NCBI GenBank assembly: GCA_965116925.1
Contig: OZ220744.1
Coordinates: forward strand, 6,144,001 to 6,208,000
From: Candidatus Poribacteria bacterium
Lineage (GTDB): Bacteria; Poribacteria; WGA-4E; PCPOR2b
Length of the DNA stretch: 64,000 nt
Reading direction: 5' to 3'
The notes beneath the pieces were generated by a model. That model searched no databases. It saw only the letters and a program-made list of their open reading frames with translations, and had not been told where the DNA came from. Positions 30,875 to 40,442 of this stretch are shown one piece after another. The first letter of the stretch is position 1. Every line of letters begins with the position of its first letter. The translations under genes were made by a program, and so were the position numbers.

Positions 30875-33550
30875 ATGAAACGCTTCATTGAAGATACCTT
30901 TCCCGTCAAAGAAGTCAGCGAAGAATCCGCTCGTGAGAAAAACCTCCGACACGGACACATCTCCACGCTCCATCTCTGGTGGGCGCGGCGACCGCTTGCC
31001 TCCTCACGCGCCACGGCTTACGCTGCCCTGATCCCTCCACCGAAAAACACCGAGGAATGGAACCGCAAACGGAATTTTATCATCGATCTCGCAAAGTGGG
31101 AAAATTCGCTTAATCCACATCTCATGAAACAGGCGAGGCAGGATATCCTCAACGCCAACGATGGTGCGCCGCCGAAGGTTCTCGATCCCTTTGGCGGCGG
31201 TGGAGCGATTCCGATGGAAGCACTTCGGCTTGGGTGTGAAACCTATTCCAACGACCTCAATCCTGTTGCGGTCCTGATTCAGAAGTGTACGCTGGAATAC
31301 CCGCAGAAATATGGCAAGCTAGCGGAGAGTGCCACCGAGGAAACGCTTTTTGGGAAAACACCCCAAAATCCTCTGCTCGAAGATGTTAAGAAGTGGGGTG
31401 CGTGGATCCTTGCGGAAACAAAAAAAGAACTGGAACGTTTTTATCCGAAAGAGAAGGACGGTTCAATCCCGGTTGGATGGATTTGGGCGCGGACAGTACC
31501 ATGTCAGAATCCGTCCTGTGGAGCGGAAATTCCACTAATGCGTCAACTGTGGTTGGCAAAGAAGGCAAAGAAGAAGATTGCCCTTTATCCTTATCTTAAA
31601 AACAGTGGTGTCGAATTCAAAATTGTCGGTGACGGTTACGAGCCGATGCCCGACAGCTTTGACGCGACAAAAGGCACTATCTCGCGTGCTGTGGCGGTGT
31701 GCCCCCTCTGCGGTGGAACTGTGGAAGCACAGTTGACTCGTCAACTCTTTCAGACGGAAAAAGCAGGGGAGCGAATGGTTGCTGTTGTAACCCACAAGCC
31801 GGGAACGACAGGCAAACGTTATCGTGTGGCGACAAAGGAAGACCTTGCTGTCTTTGAAGCTGCCAAGACACACCTTGCAGAGAAGCGAGAGCAGTTGATG
31901 ATGATATGGGGAGAAGATCCGGTGCCAGATGAGAACTTGCCGCTGATGAGCGGGGTTTTCAATGTCCCAATCTATGGTATGAATAACTGGGGTACGCTGT
32001 TCAATACAAGACAGAAATTGGCTTTGATTACGTTTGTAGAAAAGGTGAAAGCAGCACGCCAAAAAATGGTCGTGGCGGAGGTAGATGAAGGGTACGCGAA
32101 AGCAGTGGTGAGCTATTTGGGACTCATCTTAAATAAAGTGGCGGATTTGAACAATATCCTTTGTCAATGGCGGTCAGATTTGGAGTCTGTAAACCATCTG
32201 TTCACCCGACAAGCCTTGCCAATGCTTTGGGATTATGGTGAAGCCAACCCATTGGGCAGCTCTTCTGGCGGTTTTGAATCAATATGGAAGTATCCTTTGA
32301 AGGCAATTAATTACTGTTCAATGTCTTATTCAAACGCTGCAACAGTTACCCAATCTTCAGCTGCACACCTATCGTATCCCGATAACTTCTTTGATGCAAT
32401 TTTCACAGATCCGCCATATTACAATAGCGTTCCGTATGCAGATTTATCAGATTTTTTCTATGTATGGCTAAAAAGAACGGTCGGCGATTTGTATCCAGAA
32501 CTTTTTGCAACACCTTTAACGCCAAAGAAAAATGAAATCACAGAAATGGCAGGATGGGATCCAAGGAGGTATGCTTATAAAGATAAGCGGTTCTTTGAAG
32601 AAAACCTCAAGCAATCATTTCAGGAGATATATCGTGTTCTAAAACCTAACGGTATTGCGGTCATTGTCTACGCGCACAAATCTACAGAGGGATGGGAGAC
32701 ACTAATTAACTCCCTACTTGACTCTGGATTAATTATGACCGGTGCCTGGCCCCTCAATACGGAGATGAAAGCACGTCTCCGTGCCCAAGAATCCGCTGCC
32801 TTGGCTTCTTCCATCTACATCGTCGCCCGGAAGATGGAACGTCAACCCACCGGCTTCTACAACGAAGTTAAAGAGGAAGTGCGAAGGTATCTCACCGCTA
32901 AGCTACACCGGCTCTGGGAGGAAGGGCTAGGTGGAGCGGACTTCTTCATCGCTGCCATCGGTGCTGCCATTGAAGTTTTCGGCAAATACGAACAGGTGAT
33001 GGACTTTGAGGGGGAGATTATCCGCGCCGACCGTCTGCTTGACGATGTGCGAGAGATTGTCACCGATTACGCCGTACAGCAAATTCTGCACAATGGGTTT
33101 GCCGGTGAAATTTCTGACCTCACCCGTTTTTACGTCCTCTATCGGTGGGAGTACGGAGAGGCACGGGTTCATTTTGACGAAGCGCGAAAGTTGGCACAGT
33201 CCTGTGGGGTTGACCTCGCCCAAGAGTGGGACGGAAAAAGTTTCATCGTCAAGGAGAAGGCGTTTATCCGCGTCCAAGGCCCACAGTCTCGAAAAATGGA
33301 AGGTCTCGAAAACACGGAAGAATTGATTGACGTGTTGCACCGTGTCCTGCTTCTTTGGGAAAAAAGCCAGCGAGATGAGATCCTTCGCGTTCTTGCACAA
33401 AGCGGCTATGGAGATAGCAACGCGTTCTATCGCGTGGCGCAAGCCATCTCTGAGGCGGTTCCCATTGAGAGCCGGGAGAAAAAGTTGTTGGACGGCTTCC
33501 TCGCTGGTCGCGAGAGGGTCAGAGGAGAAATGAGACAGGGTAGATTGTAG
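30875..33550 (+). CDS. DUF1156-domain amino-DNA methyltransferase with Zn ribbon
   Basis: LHLWWARRPLA, DPFGGGGAIP (SAM binding), CQNPSC and CPLC, TDPPYY catalytic motif. Confidence 0.92.
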   Translation: MKRFIEDTFPVKEVSEESAREKNLRHGHISTLHLWWARRPLASSRATAYAALIPPPKNTEEWNRKRNFIIDLAKWENSLNPHLMKQARQDILNANDGAPPKVLDPFGGGGAIPMEALRLGCETYSNDLNPVAVLIQKCTLEYPQKYGKLAESATEETLFGKTPQNPLLEDVKKWGAWILAETKKELERFYPKEKDGSIPVGWIWARTVPCQNPSCGAEIPLMRQLWLAKKAKKKIALYPYLKNSGVEFKIVGDGYEPMPDSFDATKGTISRAVAVCPLCGGTVEAQLTRQLFQTEKAGERMVAVVTHKPGTTGKRYRVATKEDLAVFEAAKTHLAEKREQLMMIWGEDPVPDENLPLMSGVFNVPIYGMNNWGTLFNTRQKLALITFVEKVKAARQKMVVAEVDEGYAKAVVSYLGLILNKVADLNNILCQWRSDLESVNHLFTRQALPMLWDYGEANPLGSSSGGFESIWKYPLKAINYCSMSYSNAATVTQSSAAHLSYPDNFFDAIFTDPPYYNSVPYADLSDFFYVWLKRTVGDLYPELFATPLTPKKNEITEMAGWDPRRYAYKDKRFFEENLKQSFQEIYRVLKPNGIAVIVYAHKSTEGWETLINSLLDSGLIMTGAWPLNTEMKARLRAQESAALASSIYIVARKMERQPTGFYNEVKEEVRRYLTAKLHRLWEEGLGGADFFIAAIGAAIEVFGKYEQVMDFEGEIIRADRLLDDVREIVTDYAVQQILHNGFAGEISDLTRFYVLYRWEYGEARVHFDEARKLAQSCGVDLAQEWDGKSFIVKEKAFIRVQGPQSRKMEGLENTEELIDVLHRVLLLWEKSQRDEILRVLAQSGYGDSNAFYRVAQAISEAVPIESREKKLLDGFLAGRERVRGEMRQGRL

Positions 33551-33564
33551 TATGGGAAAGAATT

Positions 33565-34027
33565 GGTTTGTAGTAGGGCAATTTATTGCCCGTCCGGACG
33601 CGTAATGAATTACGCTACTACGAACGTGCTATCAGTCATTTGATTTGGATGGCTTCCTCACTGGTCGCGAGAGAGCCAGAGGAGAAATGAGGCAGGGCAG
33701 GTTGTTTTAATTTAGGTTTGTAGTAGGGCAATTTATTGCCCGTCCGGACGCGTAATGAATTACACTACTACGAACGTGCTATCAGTCATTTGATTTGGAT
33801 GGCTTCCTCACTGGTCGCGAGAGGGTCAGCTGCGAAATGAGACAGGGTAGGTTGTTTTAATTTAGGTTTGTAGTAGGGCAATTTATTGCCCGTCCGGACG
33901 CGTAATGAATTACGCTACTACGAACCGATGATTGTGGTTTTGAATTTGCAATAACAGGTTGGTTTATAGTAGAGCGATTCATCGCTCGTCATGTCAAAGA
34001 CGCGTAATGAATTACGCTACTACGAAC
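33565..34027. repeat. Array of REP doublets (REPIN-like, about 61 bp) at 150-bp spacing, interleaved with copies of the methylase 3' end
   Basis: GGTTTGTAGTAGGGCAATTTATTGCCCGTCCGGACGCGTAATGAATTACGCTACTACGAAC at 33565, 33715 and 33865, plus a variant at 33961. Confidence 0.9.
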
Positions 34028-34074
34028 CTCCGATCAATTGTGTTACTATGAACTAAACGCAAGGGCACAGGGAT

Positions 34075-34692
34075 ATGTACCGTTATCGTACGCTAACACC
34101 CGAACAGAAAACCGAAATCCTGCATCAGCGACAGTTAAGAAACTTGCCGCTGCATGAACCACCCCACTTTCATCACGCCGAGGGGTGGTTTCTCATTACT
34201 GCTGCCACTTACGAACATAAACGACATTTCCAAACTGAAAAGGAGCAGGTATGGCTTCTAGGTGAGTTACTGAAAGAACTTCAATCTGTTGAGATCTCCA
34301 TTGGCAGCTGGGTGGTGTTACCCAATCATTATCATCTGTTGGTTCAGTGCCAACCCCTTTCGGTCATCAGTCAGCCCTTGCGTCGTGTCCATGCCCGCAC
34401 AGCACGAGCGTTGAATCGTCGTGAAGGGGTATCTGGACGAAAAATTTGGCATTTTTTCACTGATCGGCAGATTCGCACTGAACGGCATTACTACACGACG
34501 CTAAATTATATCCACTACAATCCGACAAAGCATAGCTACGTGCAAAGACCGTTGGATTGGACTTGTTCAAGTTTGCATTGGTATCAAGAGCACTTTGGCA
34601 TTGAATGGCTGCGAGATCTCTGGACCGCTTATCCTGTACGAGATTATGGGAAGGGGTGGGATTGGTTCGGTTCAGATGGTGATGTGCGATGA
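34075..34692 (+). CDS. REP-associated tyrosine transposase (RAYT, Y1 HUH family)
   Basis: WFLITAAT, WVVLPNHYHLL (HUH), DRQIR, YIHYNPTKH (catalytic Tyr), DWTCSS; flanked by GTAG REP doublets. Confidence 0.9.
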   Translation: MYRYRTLTPEQKTEILHQRQLRNLPLHEPPHFHHAEGWFLITAATYEHKRHFQTEKEQVWLLGELLKELQSVEISIGSWVVLPNHYHLLVQCQPLSVISQPLRRVHARTARALNRREGVSGRKIWHFFTDRQIRTERHYYTTLNYIHYNPTKHSYVQRPLDWTCSSLHWYQEHFGIEWLRDLWTAYPVRDYGKGWDWFGSDGDVR

Positions 34693-34698
34693 TGAACT

Positions 34699-34862
34699 GG
34701 TTTGTAGTAGGGCAATTTATTGCCCGTCCGGACGTGCAATGAATTACGCTACTACAAACCGATGATTGTGGTTTTGAATTTGCAATAACAGGTTGGTTTA
34801 TAGTAGAGCGATTCATCGCTCGTCATGTCAAAGACGCACAATGAATTGTGCTACTACAAACC
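34699..34862. repeat. Second copy of the about 163-bp double-REPIN block (direct repeat of 33865-34027)
   Basis: Near-identical, including the spacer cgatgattgtggttttgaatttgcaataacaggtt. Confidence 0.9.
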
Positions 34863-34890
34863 CTAGGCACTTTATCTAGGGGAAAAGCGA

Positions 34891-37413
34891 GTGATTCCAT
34901 TTCATACAATTGCTGTACCCCACCGAGACATCGTAGAGGGTAGACTCACACTAGATGTATTTGCGGCAGACCTGTGGGAGGTGTTCAAAAGCGCAGCACC
35001 AGATGAATACAAAGATCCCACACAATTCTTCCAGAAAACATATCAGACCGATGGACTCAGGAATCTGCTTTCGATTGTTGAAGGGCGACTAAAGGGGCAG
35101 GGCGGCGATCCAGTGATTCAGATCCAGACCCCCTTTGGCGGCGGCAAAACCCACGCGCTGATTGCGATGTATCACAAAGCCAGTGAATGGGATGCACAAA
35201 AAGTGGTGCTTGTCGGAACACCGATGAGTGCGTCCGATACGTTATGGGGTATGTTGGAAAAACAGTTGACAGGTAGGGTTGAGCGTTTTGATGGATTAAC
35301 GTCACCGGGACGGGACGCACTCCGCGGACTGCTTTCAGAGAACCAACCCGTGCTCATCCTAATGGACGAGGTGCTGGAATATATGACCAAAGCCGCCGGT
35401 GTTCCGGTAGGGGATAGCACACTTGCCGCGCAGACGCTTGCCTTTATGCAGGAATTGACCGAAGTTGCTGGCATTCTAAAGCAAATCGCACTGGTCATCA
35501 CCCTACCATCGGGGACTATGGAACACTATGACCAAGGGGCAGAACAGCTATTTAGGCAACTTCGACAGGTTGCGGGACGGGTTGAACGGATTTATACACC
35601 AGTACAGGAGCATGAAATTACAGAAGTCATCAGGCGGCGACTTTTCGCACAGATCAATAAAACTCGTGCGAGCAGAGCGATTCAGGATTTTATGGATTAC
35701 GCCGAGGTGGAATCCATTCTGCCCCCCGGAACGGAACTCTCAGAATACCGGAAACAGTTTGAAGCCGCTTACCCATTTCAACCCGAAGCGATCGATGTAC
35801 TCTATCAGCGGTGGGGCAGTTACCCAAGCTTTCAACGGACACGGGGTGTGTTGCGACTCCTATCATTCGTGATCCATTCCCTTAAAGAGAGTGCAATTCC
35901 CTATATCAGTTTGGCAGATTTTGATTTGAGCGTTCAAGAGATTCGACAAGAACTGTTAAAGCACATCGGTCCCCAATATGAAAGCGTTATCTCCGCAGAC
36001 ATCACGGGTACAGATGCCGGCGCGAAAAAGGTTGATGCCGATCTCAGGGCTGCCTACCAAGGATTGAAGTTGGGCAGCCGAGCAGCAACGACCGTTTTTC
36101 TGTACTCATTTTCGGGGGGTACGGAGAGTGGGGCGAATCTCGGAGAGATTAAACGAAGCGCGACAACAACGGGGCATCCGTCGAGTGCTCTCACGGAAGC
36201 AGTCGACGGTTTGCAGGAAAAGCTCTTTTTCCTGCAGCACGAAAGTGGTAGATCCTATTTCACCAATCAGCCCAATCTTAACAGTATCCTACTGACCCGA
36301 ATGGAGAATATCAATGAGCGGGCAATTGACGAGCTTGAGGAAACCGAGCTAAAAAAGAACCTCTCTGGGAGACAACTCAAGACCTTTGTCTCACCTAGAG
36401 GTGGATCAGATGTTCCAGACAACGCCGATCTGAAACTAATTATCCTAAAGAAACGCGATGATACCCTGATGGAGGAGACATTGGAAACAAGGGGAAATAC
36501 TCCTCGGGTAAACCGAAACACGCTTTTCTTTTTGACCTCACTGGAACATGAAGCGACTGGATTTTATAGTCAACTGAGAAAGATCATCGCCTACGGAAAC
36601 ATTAGCAACGACAAAACACTGAATCTCTCTGCTGAACAACAGAAAGAGGTACGGACAGAGTTGAAAAAAGCGACAGATGAGCTCAATGATAGGTTGCGGC
36701 GGTACTACCGAACCGTGTTCATTCCCACAAGAGAGGGGCTTAAAGAGAGTGATTTGGGGCTGCCAACCTACGGTGTATCGAAGAAACTGGACGAAGACGT
36801 ATATGACAAACTCCGTTTAGACGGGGAGATTCTTGAAAATGTTCATCCACGGGTGATTAAGGAACGGTATCTTAAAACCGACGGGTCCGTTTCCACTGAA
36901 CAACTCTATCAATCAAGTGCGAAAACACCGGGCGAAGCACGGGTCATCGGTCAAGGCTGGCAGTCAGGAATTCGCGACGGAGTAGAACAGGGATTGTTTG
37001 GACTCGGTGAGTTAGAAGATGAGAAACCTATCTGCCGACACTTCAAAGAGCGTCCACCCTCGGTCGCCTTTTCTGGATCTGAAGTAATTATCTGCGAGGA
37101 TATCTGCAGCGCTCAAGAAAAACCCGAAGAAACCAAAGAAGAAGATGAAACAGGCGACGAGGGTGTTTATCCTCCTGATGAAGATGAAAAGACTATCATC
37201 GTAGAACACTCCATACGGAATAAGGTTCGTTTGAAGTTCACAATTCCAAAGGGACAGGTCTCGCAGCTCATGGGCGTGATGAACCTGCTGCAATCAAATT
37301 TCGATAGCCTCCAAATTGAGTTGCTAGCGACAGAGGGTCAGATGTCAAATCAGGATTACGAAAATAAAATCAAAGAGGCATTTGTACAGTTGGGAATTGA
37401 CCCGGAGGAATAA
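34891..37413 (+). CDS. DUF499 AAA+ ATPase (restriction-like defence component)
   Basis: FAADL, FFQKTY, QTPFGGGKTH Walker A, LILMDEV Walker B, YPFQPE, FQRTRGVLRLL. Confidence 0.9.
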   Translation: MIPFHTIAVPHRDIVEGRLTLDVFAADLWEVFKSAAPDEYKDPTQFFQKTYQTDGLRNLLSIVEGRLKGQGGDPVIQIQTPFGGGKTHALIAMYHKASEWDAQKVVLVGTPMSASDTLWGMLEKQLTGRVERFDGLTSPGRDALRGLLSENQPVLILMDEVLEYMTKAAGVPVGDSTLAAQTLAFMQELTEVAGILKQIALVITLPSGTMEHYDQGAEQLFRQLRQVAGRVERIYTPVQEHEITEVIRRRLFAQINKTRASRAIQDFMDYAEVESILPPGTELSEYRKQFEAAYPFQPEAIDVLYQRWGSYPSFQRTRGVLRLLSFVIHSLKESAIPYISLADFDLSVQEIRQELLKHIGPQYESVISADITGTDAGAKKVDADLRAAYQGLKLGSRAATTVFLYSFSGGTESGANLGEIKRSATTTGHPSSALTEAVDGLQEKLFFLQHESGRSYFTNQPNLNSILLTRMENINERAIDELEETELKKNLSGRQLKTFVSPRGGSDVPDNADLKLIILKKRDDTLMEETLETRGNTPRVNRNTLFFLTSLEHEATGFYSQLRKIIAYGNISNDKTLNLSAEQQKEVRTELKKATDELNDRLRRYYRTVFIPTREGLKESDLGLPTYGVSKKLDEDVYDKLRLDGEILENVHPRVIKERYLKTDGSVSTEQLYQSSAKTPGEARVIGQGWQSGIRDGVEQGLFGLGELEDEKPICRHFKERPPSVAFSGSEVIICEDICSAQEKPEETKEEDETGDEGVYPPDEDEKTIIVEHSIRNKVRLKFTIPKGQVSQLMGVMNLLQSNFDSLQIELLATEGQMSNQDYENKIKEAFVQLGIDPEE

Positions 37414-37418
37414 AACTT

Positions 37419-37831
37419 TAGGACTTGCGCAATTGAGTGTTCAAAACCGTGTAGTTCGGCGATTTATCGCCACAGAACACAATGTCTAACACCCGATGAT
37501 CGGGCAATTACAGTGGAGTCACCATCAAGGAGTTCGTAGGGAACGCAGATCTGCGTTCCCTACGGAAGTGCGTAACTCCTACTCAATCTGCAATCAACAA
37601 TAAGAATCCTAACGATAAAATGTAATTGTTTGTAACTGTTTGTAATACGATTGAAGGTTTATGACAAAACGTTTCATGCTGAAATAGGGACAATTTTCCC
37701 ATTTGCGCGGGAAAATTGGGAAAATTTGATTTTCGCACGGAAAACGTAACCTTTTTAATCTCGCTCATGCGACCTTTATCTGCAAGATCTGCGTCCGTCT
37801 CTACTCTTAAAACTGAAGTGCGTAAGTCCTA
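37419..37831. mobile_element. MITE family C (TAGGACTTACGC...GCGTAAGTCCTA) composite with an internal second right end
   Basis: Left taggacttgcgc; right ends near 37570-37581 and 37820-37831; AACTT direct repeat at the outer edges; internal perfect palindrome at 37536-37563. Confidence 0.6.
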
Positions 37832-37878
37832 ACTTTTTGAGAGTGCATCCGGAAAATGATTGGGAACTATGCCCTTGA

Positions 37879-37937
37879 GTTTGTAGTAGCGCGTTTATTG
37901 CGCGTCCGGACGGACGATAAATCACCCTACCGCGAAC
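37879..37937. repeat. Dispersed degenerate copy of the RAYT-associated REP doublet
   Basis: tttgtagtagcgcgtttattgcgcgtccggacg...ctaccgcgaac. Confidence 0.7.
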
Positions 37938-37998
37938 CAACGAATTTGTTATAATTCATTGGGCATCATGCGTTGTATGGGTGAGGAAGAGGAAAGCT

Positions 37999-38394
37999 AT
38001 GCCAACCACTTTTGAAGCAATTGAGGGATGGATTGACGAGGCACGCACCAAACTAAAAGATGGCGGGCTTCAGCAGAGAGATCTGGATCAGCTCCACCAA
38101 CTTATCAGCGCAAACCGGAATGGTACGCGACAATGGCTGCTCTATCTCCACGCAGCGACACCGGGCATCCGCTCTCAAGTCATCGGAATGGCGTTACACG
38201 AACCGGTGGAAGGTTCAGTGACGGAGATTGTGACAGAGGAGCAGGATTGGCCCTACAATACAGTGCACGACGCGATTCTAGACGGATGGCAGGTCATCCA
38301 CTTTCCGGATCAGCGAACAGAATTTGATGACCGGGAAATTGACATCTTGGGTTACGAATTTATCCTACAAAAATTGGAGGTTTACAATGGCTGA
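37999..38394 (+). CDS. Hypothetical protein overlapping the downstream PhyH gene
   Basis: GAGG RBS; 131 aa; 8-nt overlap with the next start. Confidence 0.65.
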   Translation: MPTTFEAIEGWIDEARTKLKDGGLQQRDLDQLHQLISANRNGTRQWLLYLHAATPGIRSQVIGMALHEPVEGSVTEIVTEEQDWPYNTVHDAILDGWQVIHFPDQRTEFDDREIDILGYEFILQKLEVYNG

Positions 38395-39154
38395 CAAGCC
38401 GTATCTATTGAGCGACGACGAGATTATCTCTTTTATCATTCAAGGTTCGCATATTATTGAGCCAGATTTCCCCGAAGGCTTCAACGCATCCATTTACGAG
38501 GAGCTTGAGGCGTTGGATATCCAGCAAAACAATCCGGGCGACGGGATTCTGGACAAAGTTCCGAAACTCTATCAGGTCTACGACCATCCCAAGGTGCGTG
38601 GGGCGTTGGTGAGTCTGCTCGGCGAAGATGTTCAGATGAACGGCCATCGACACTGTCATGTGAATCCTCCCGGCACGCGGAGCCAATCGTGGCACCAAGA
38701 CGGCACCAACAAACGGCACCACCATATCCAAACCGTTTTGGCGATGTACTATCCCCAAGATGTTCCCGCAGAACTGGGACCGACCGTGATTATGCCCGGA
38801 ACACACTTCCGCAATGCCCCGACGGATCGCATGGCGACCTATGCCAATTTCCGTGAGCAGGTTCCCCTCACGGTCAAGGCTGGGACGGTAGCGATCACGC
38901 ACTACGACATCTGGCACGCCGCAGCCGCCAATCACGGGACGAAGACACGCTACATGCTCAAGTTCCTTTTCAGCCGCGGCAGCGAACCGAAATCGCCAAG
39001 TTGGAACCACCATCCAGAGAAAGCTGCTGCCTCAATACGTCGCTTTACCTATGAACGGGCGTGTGCCTGTTCCCAATCGGATCACTACAAAGAACGTGGG
39101 TTGCGTATGGAAATGTGGGAACACCTTGTTGGGAAGGTAGAGCGCAATGAATAG
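38387..39154 (+). CDS. PhyH family dioxygenase
   Basis: SWHQDG, GPTVIMPGTH, DIWHAA; GGAGG RBS. Confidence 0.88.
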   Translation: MADKPYLLSDDEIISFIIQGSHIIEPDFPEGFNASIYEELEALDIQQNNPGDGILDKVPKLYQVYDHPKVRGALVSLLGEDVQMNGHRHCHVNPPGTRSQSWHQDGTNKRHHHIQTVLAMYYPQDVPAELGPTVIMPGTHFRNAPTDRMATYANFREQVPLTVKAGTVAITHYDIWHAAAANHGTKTRYMLKFLFSRGSEPKSPSWNHHPEKAAASIRRFTYERACACSQSDHYKERGLRMEMWEHLVGKVERNE

Positions 39155-39245
39155 ATAGGGCATTCCCCTTAATTTAACGCAAAGTCGCAGAGACGCAGAG
39201 TCGCAAGTCCCGGTGCAAAGGTGTAAGGACAAACAGGACAGACCC

Positions 39246-40346
39246 ATGTTAAAAACTCACAAAATAGCCTTAGATGCAAATAACGTCCAAGCGACACAAT
39301 TCGCTCAACATTGTGGGTATGCTCGTGTCGCTTACAATCACGTTCTTGCTGATTTTAAGGATGGCTTAGCCAATGGCGAGTGGCATAGCCATATAGAGTT
39401 AAACAAACGTTTTAATTCGGTCAAGCGTGAGCAATATGAGTGGTGTGACGCGTTAAACCAACGAGCTGCTCATAATGCGATTTACTTTAATTTCCACAAC
39501 GCAGTCAAACGTTGGCAGTCAGGTGAGAGTCGGTTTCCGAAATTCAAGAAGCGTTCTAAGGGTCAAAGTTTTCAAGCAGACGCCGGTCGAGGCACAACTA
39601 TTATCGAAGGACAGCGTATAAAACTACCCAAGATAGGTTGGGTTCGCATGTTCCAAACACTTCGACACCTCGGCACTATCGTCAAAGTTGTAATCTCAAA
39701 GACTGCTAACCGTTGGTTCGCTTCTATCACTGTAGATACTTTCGCTAACGATACTATTGCTGCCAATGGACATCTGCCTGTTGTTGGTGTTGACGTAGGT
39801 ATCCAGCACTTAGCGGTCACGTCCGAAGGTGTATATCACCAAAACCCCAAAGCCTTAAAGCGTTACGAGCGGAAGCTAAAACGGCTGCAACGTCAGTTAA
39901 GCCGTCGAAAGAAAGGCAGCAGCAATTGGCGTAAAACGAAAGCCAAGATTACCAAGCTGCACTACCGAATCACCTGTATCCGACAAGATGCCCAACACCA
40001 AGCAACAACGGCTATCGTCAATAGTGCGAGTCGAATTGGAATTGAGTCGCTAAATGTTGCAGGTATGTTAAAAAACCATAGGCTTGCAAAAGCATTATCG
40101 GACGCTTCGCTATCCAGTCTGCTCACGATGCTTGCATACAAAGCAGAACGGATAGGTGTTAAAATTGTAGAGGCAGACACCTTCTACCCATCCAGTAAGA
40201 CTTGCTCGGCTTGTGGGGCAACAGACAAAGACCTATCATTATCGGATAGGACGTACCATTGCAGTGATTGTGGGCATACCCAAGACAGAGACCTTAACGC
40301 TGCGATAAACCTCAGAACCGTCGCCGTGGGACACACGGAGACGTAA
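39246..40346 (+). CDS. tnpB: TnpB RNA-guided endonuclease (IS605/IS607-type, no tnpA)
   Basis: KTHKIALD, RFPKFKK, GVDVG / IESLNV / DRDLNAAINL, CSAC..CSDC. Confidence 0.92.
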   Translation: MLKTHKIALDANNVQATQFAQHCGYARVAYNHVLADFKDGLANGEWHSHIELNKRFNSVKREQYEWCDALNQRAAHNAIYFNFHNAVKRWQSGESRFPKFKKRSKGQSFQADAGRGTTIIEGQRIKLPKIGWVRMFQTLRHLGTIVKVVISKTANRWFASITVDTFANDTIAANGHLPVVGVDVGIQHLAVTSEGVYHQNPKALKRYERKLKRLQRQLSRRKKGSSNWRKTKAKITKLHYRITCIRQDAQHQATTAIVNSASRIGIESLNVAGMLKNHRLAKALSDASLSSLLTMLAYKAERIGVKIVEADTFYPSSKTCSACGATDKDLSLSDRTYHCSDCGHTQDRDLNAAINLRTVAVGHTET

Positions 40347-40442
40347 AACGCTTGTCCGCAAGGATCCCGATTTATCGGGGTGGAGAGATAGTAAGACCAC
40401 ACCAGCCATACGTGGCTTGTCTCGTCGAAACAAGAAAATAGC

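Noticed and set aside
33488..33860. Diversity-generating retroelement template/variable repeat pair
   Set aside because: No reverse transcriptase in the window and the differences are not adenine-specific.
33565..34027. CRISPR array
   Set aside because: Repeats are 61-bp REP doublets, spacers are near-identical gene-end copies, there are no cas genes, and a RAYT is adjacent.
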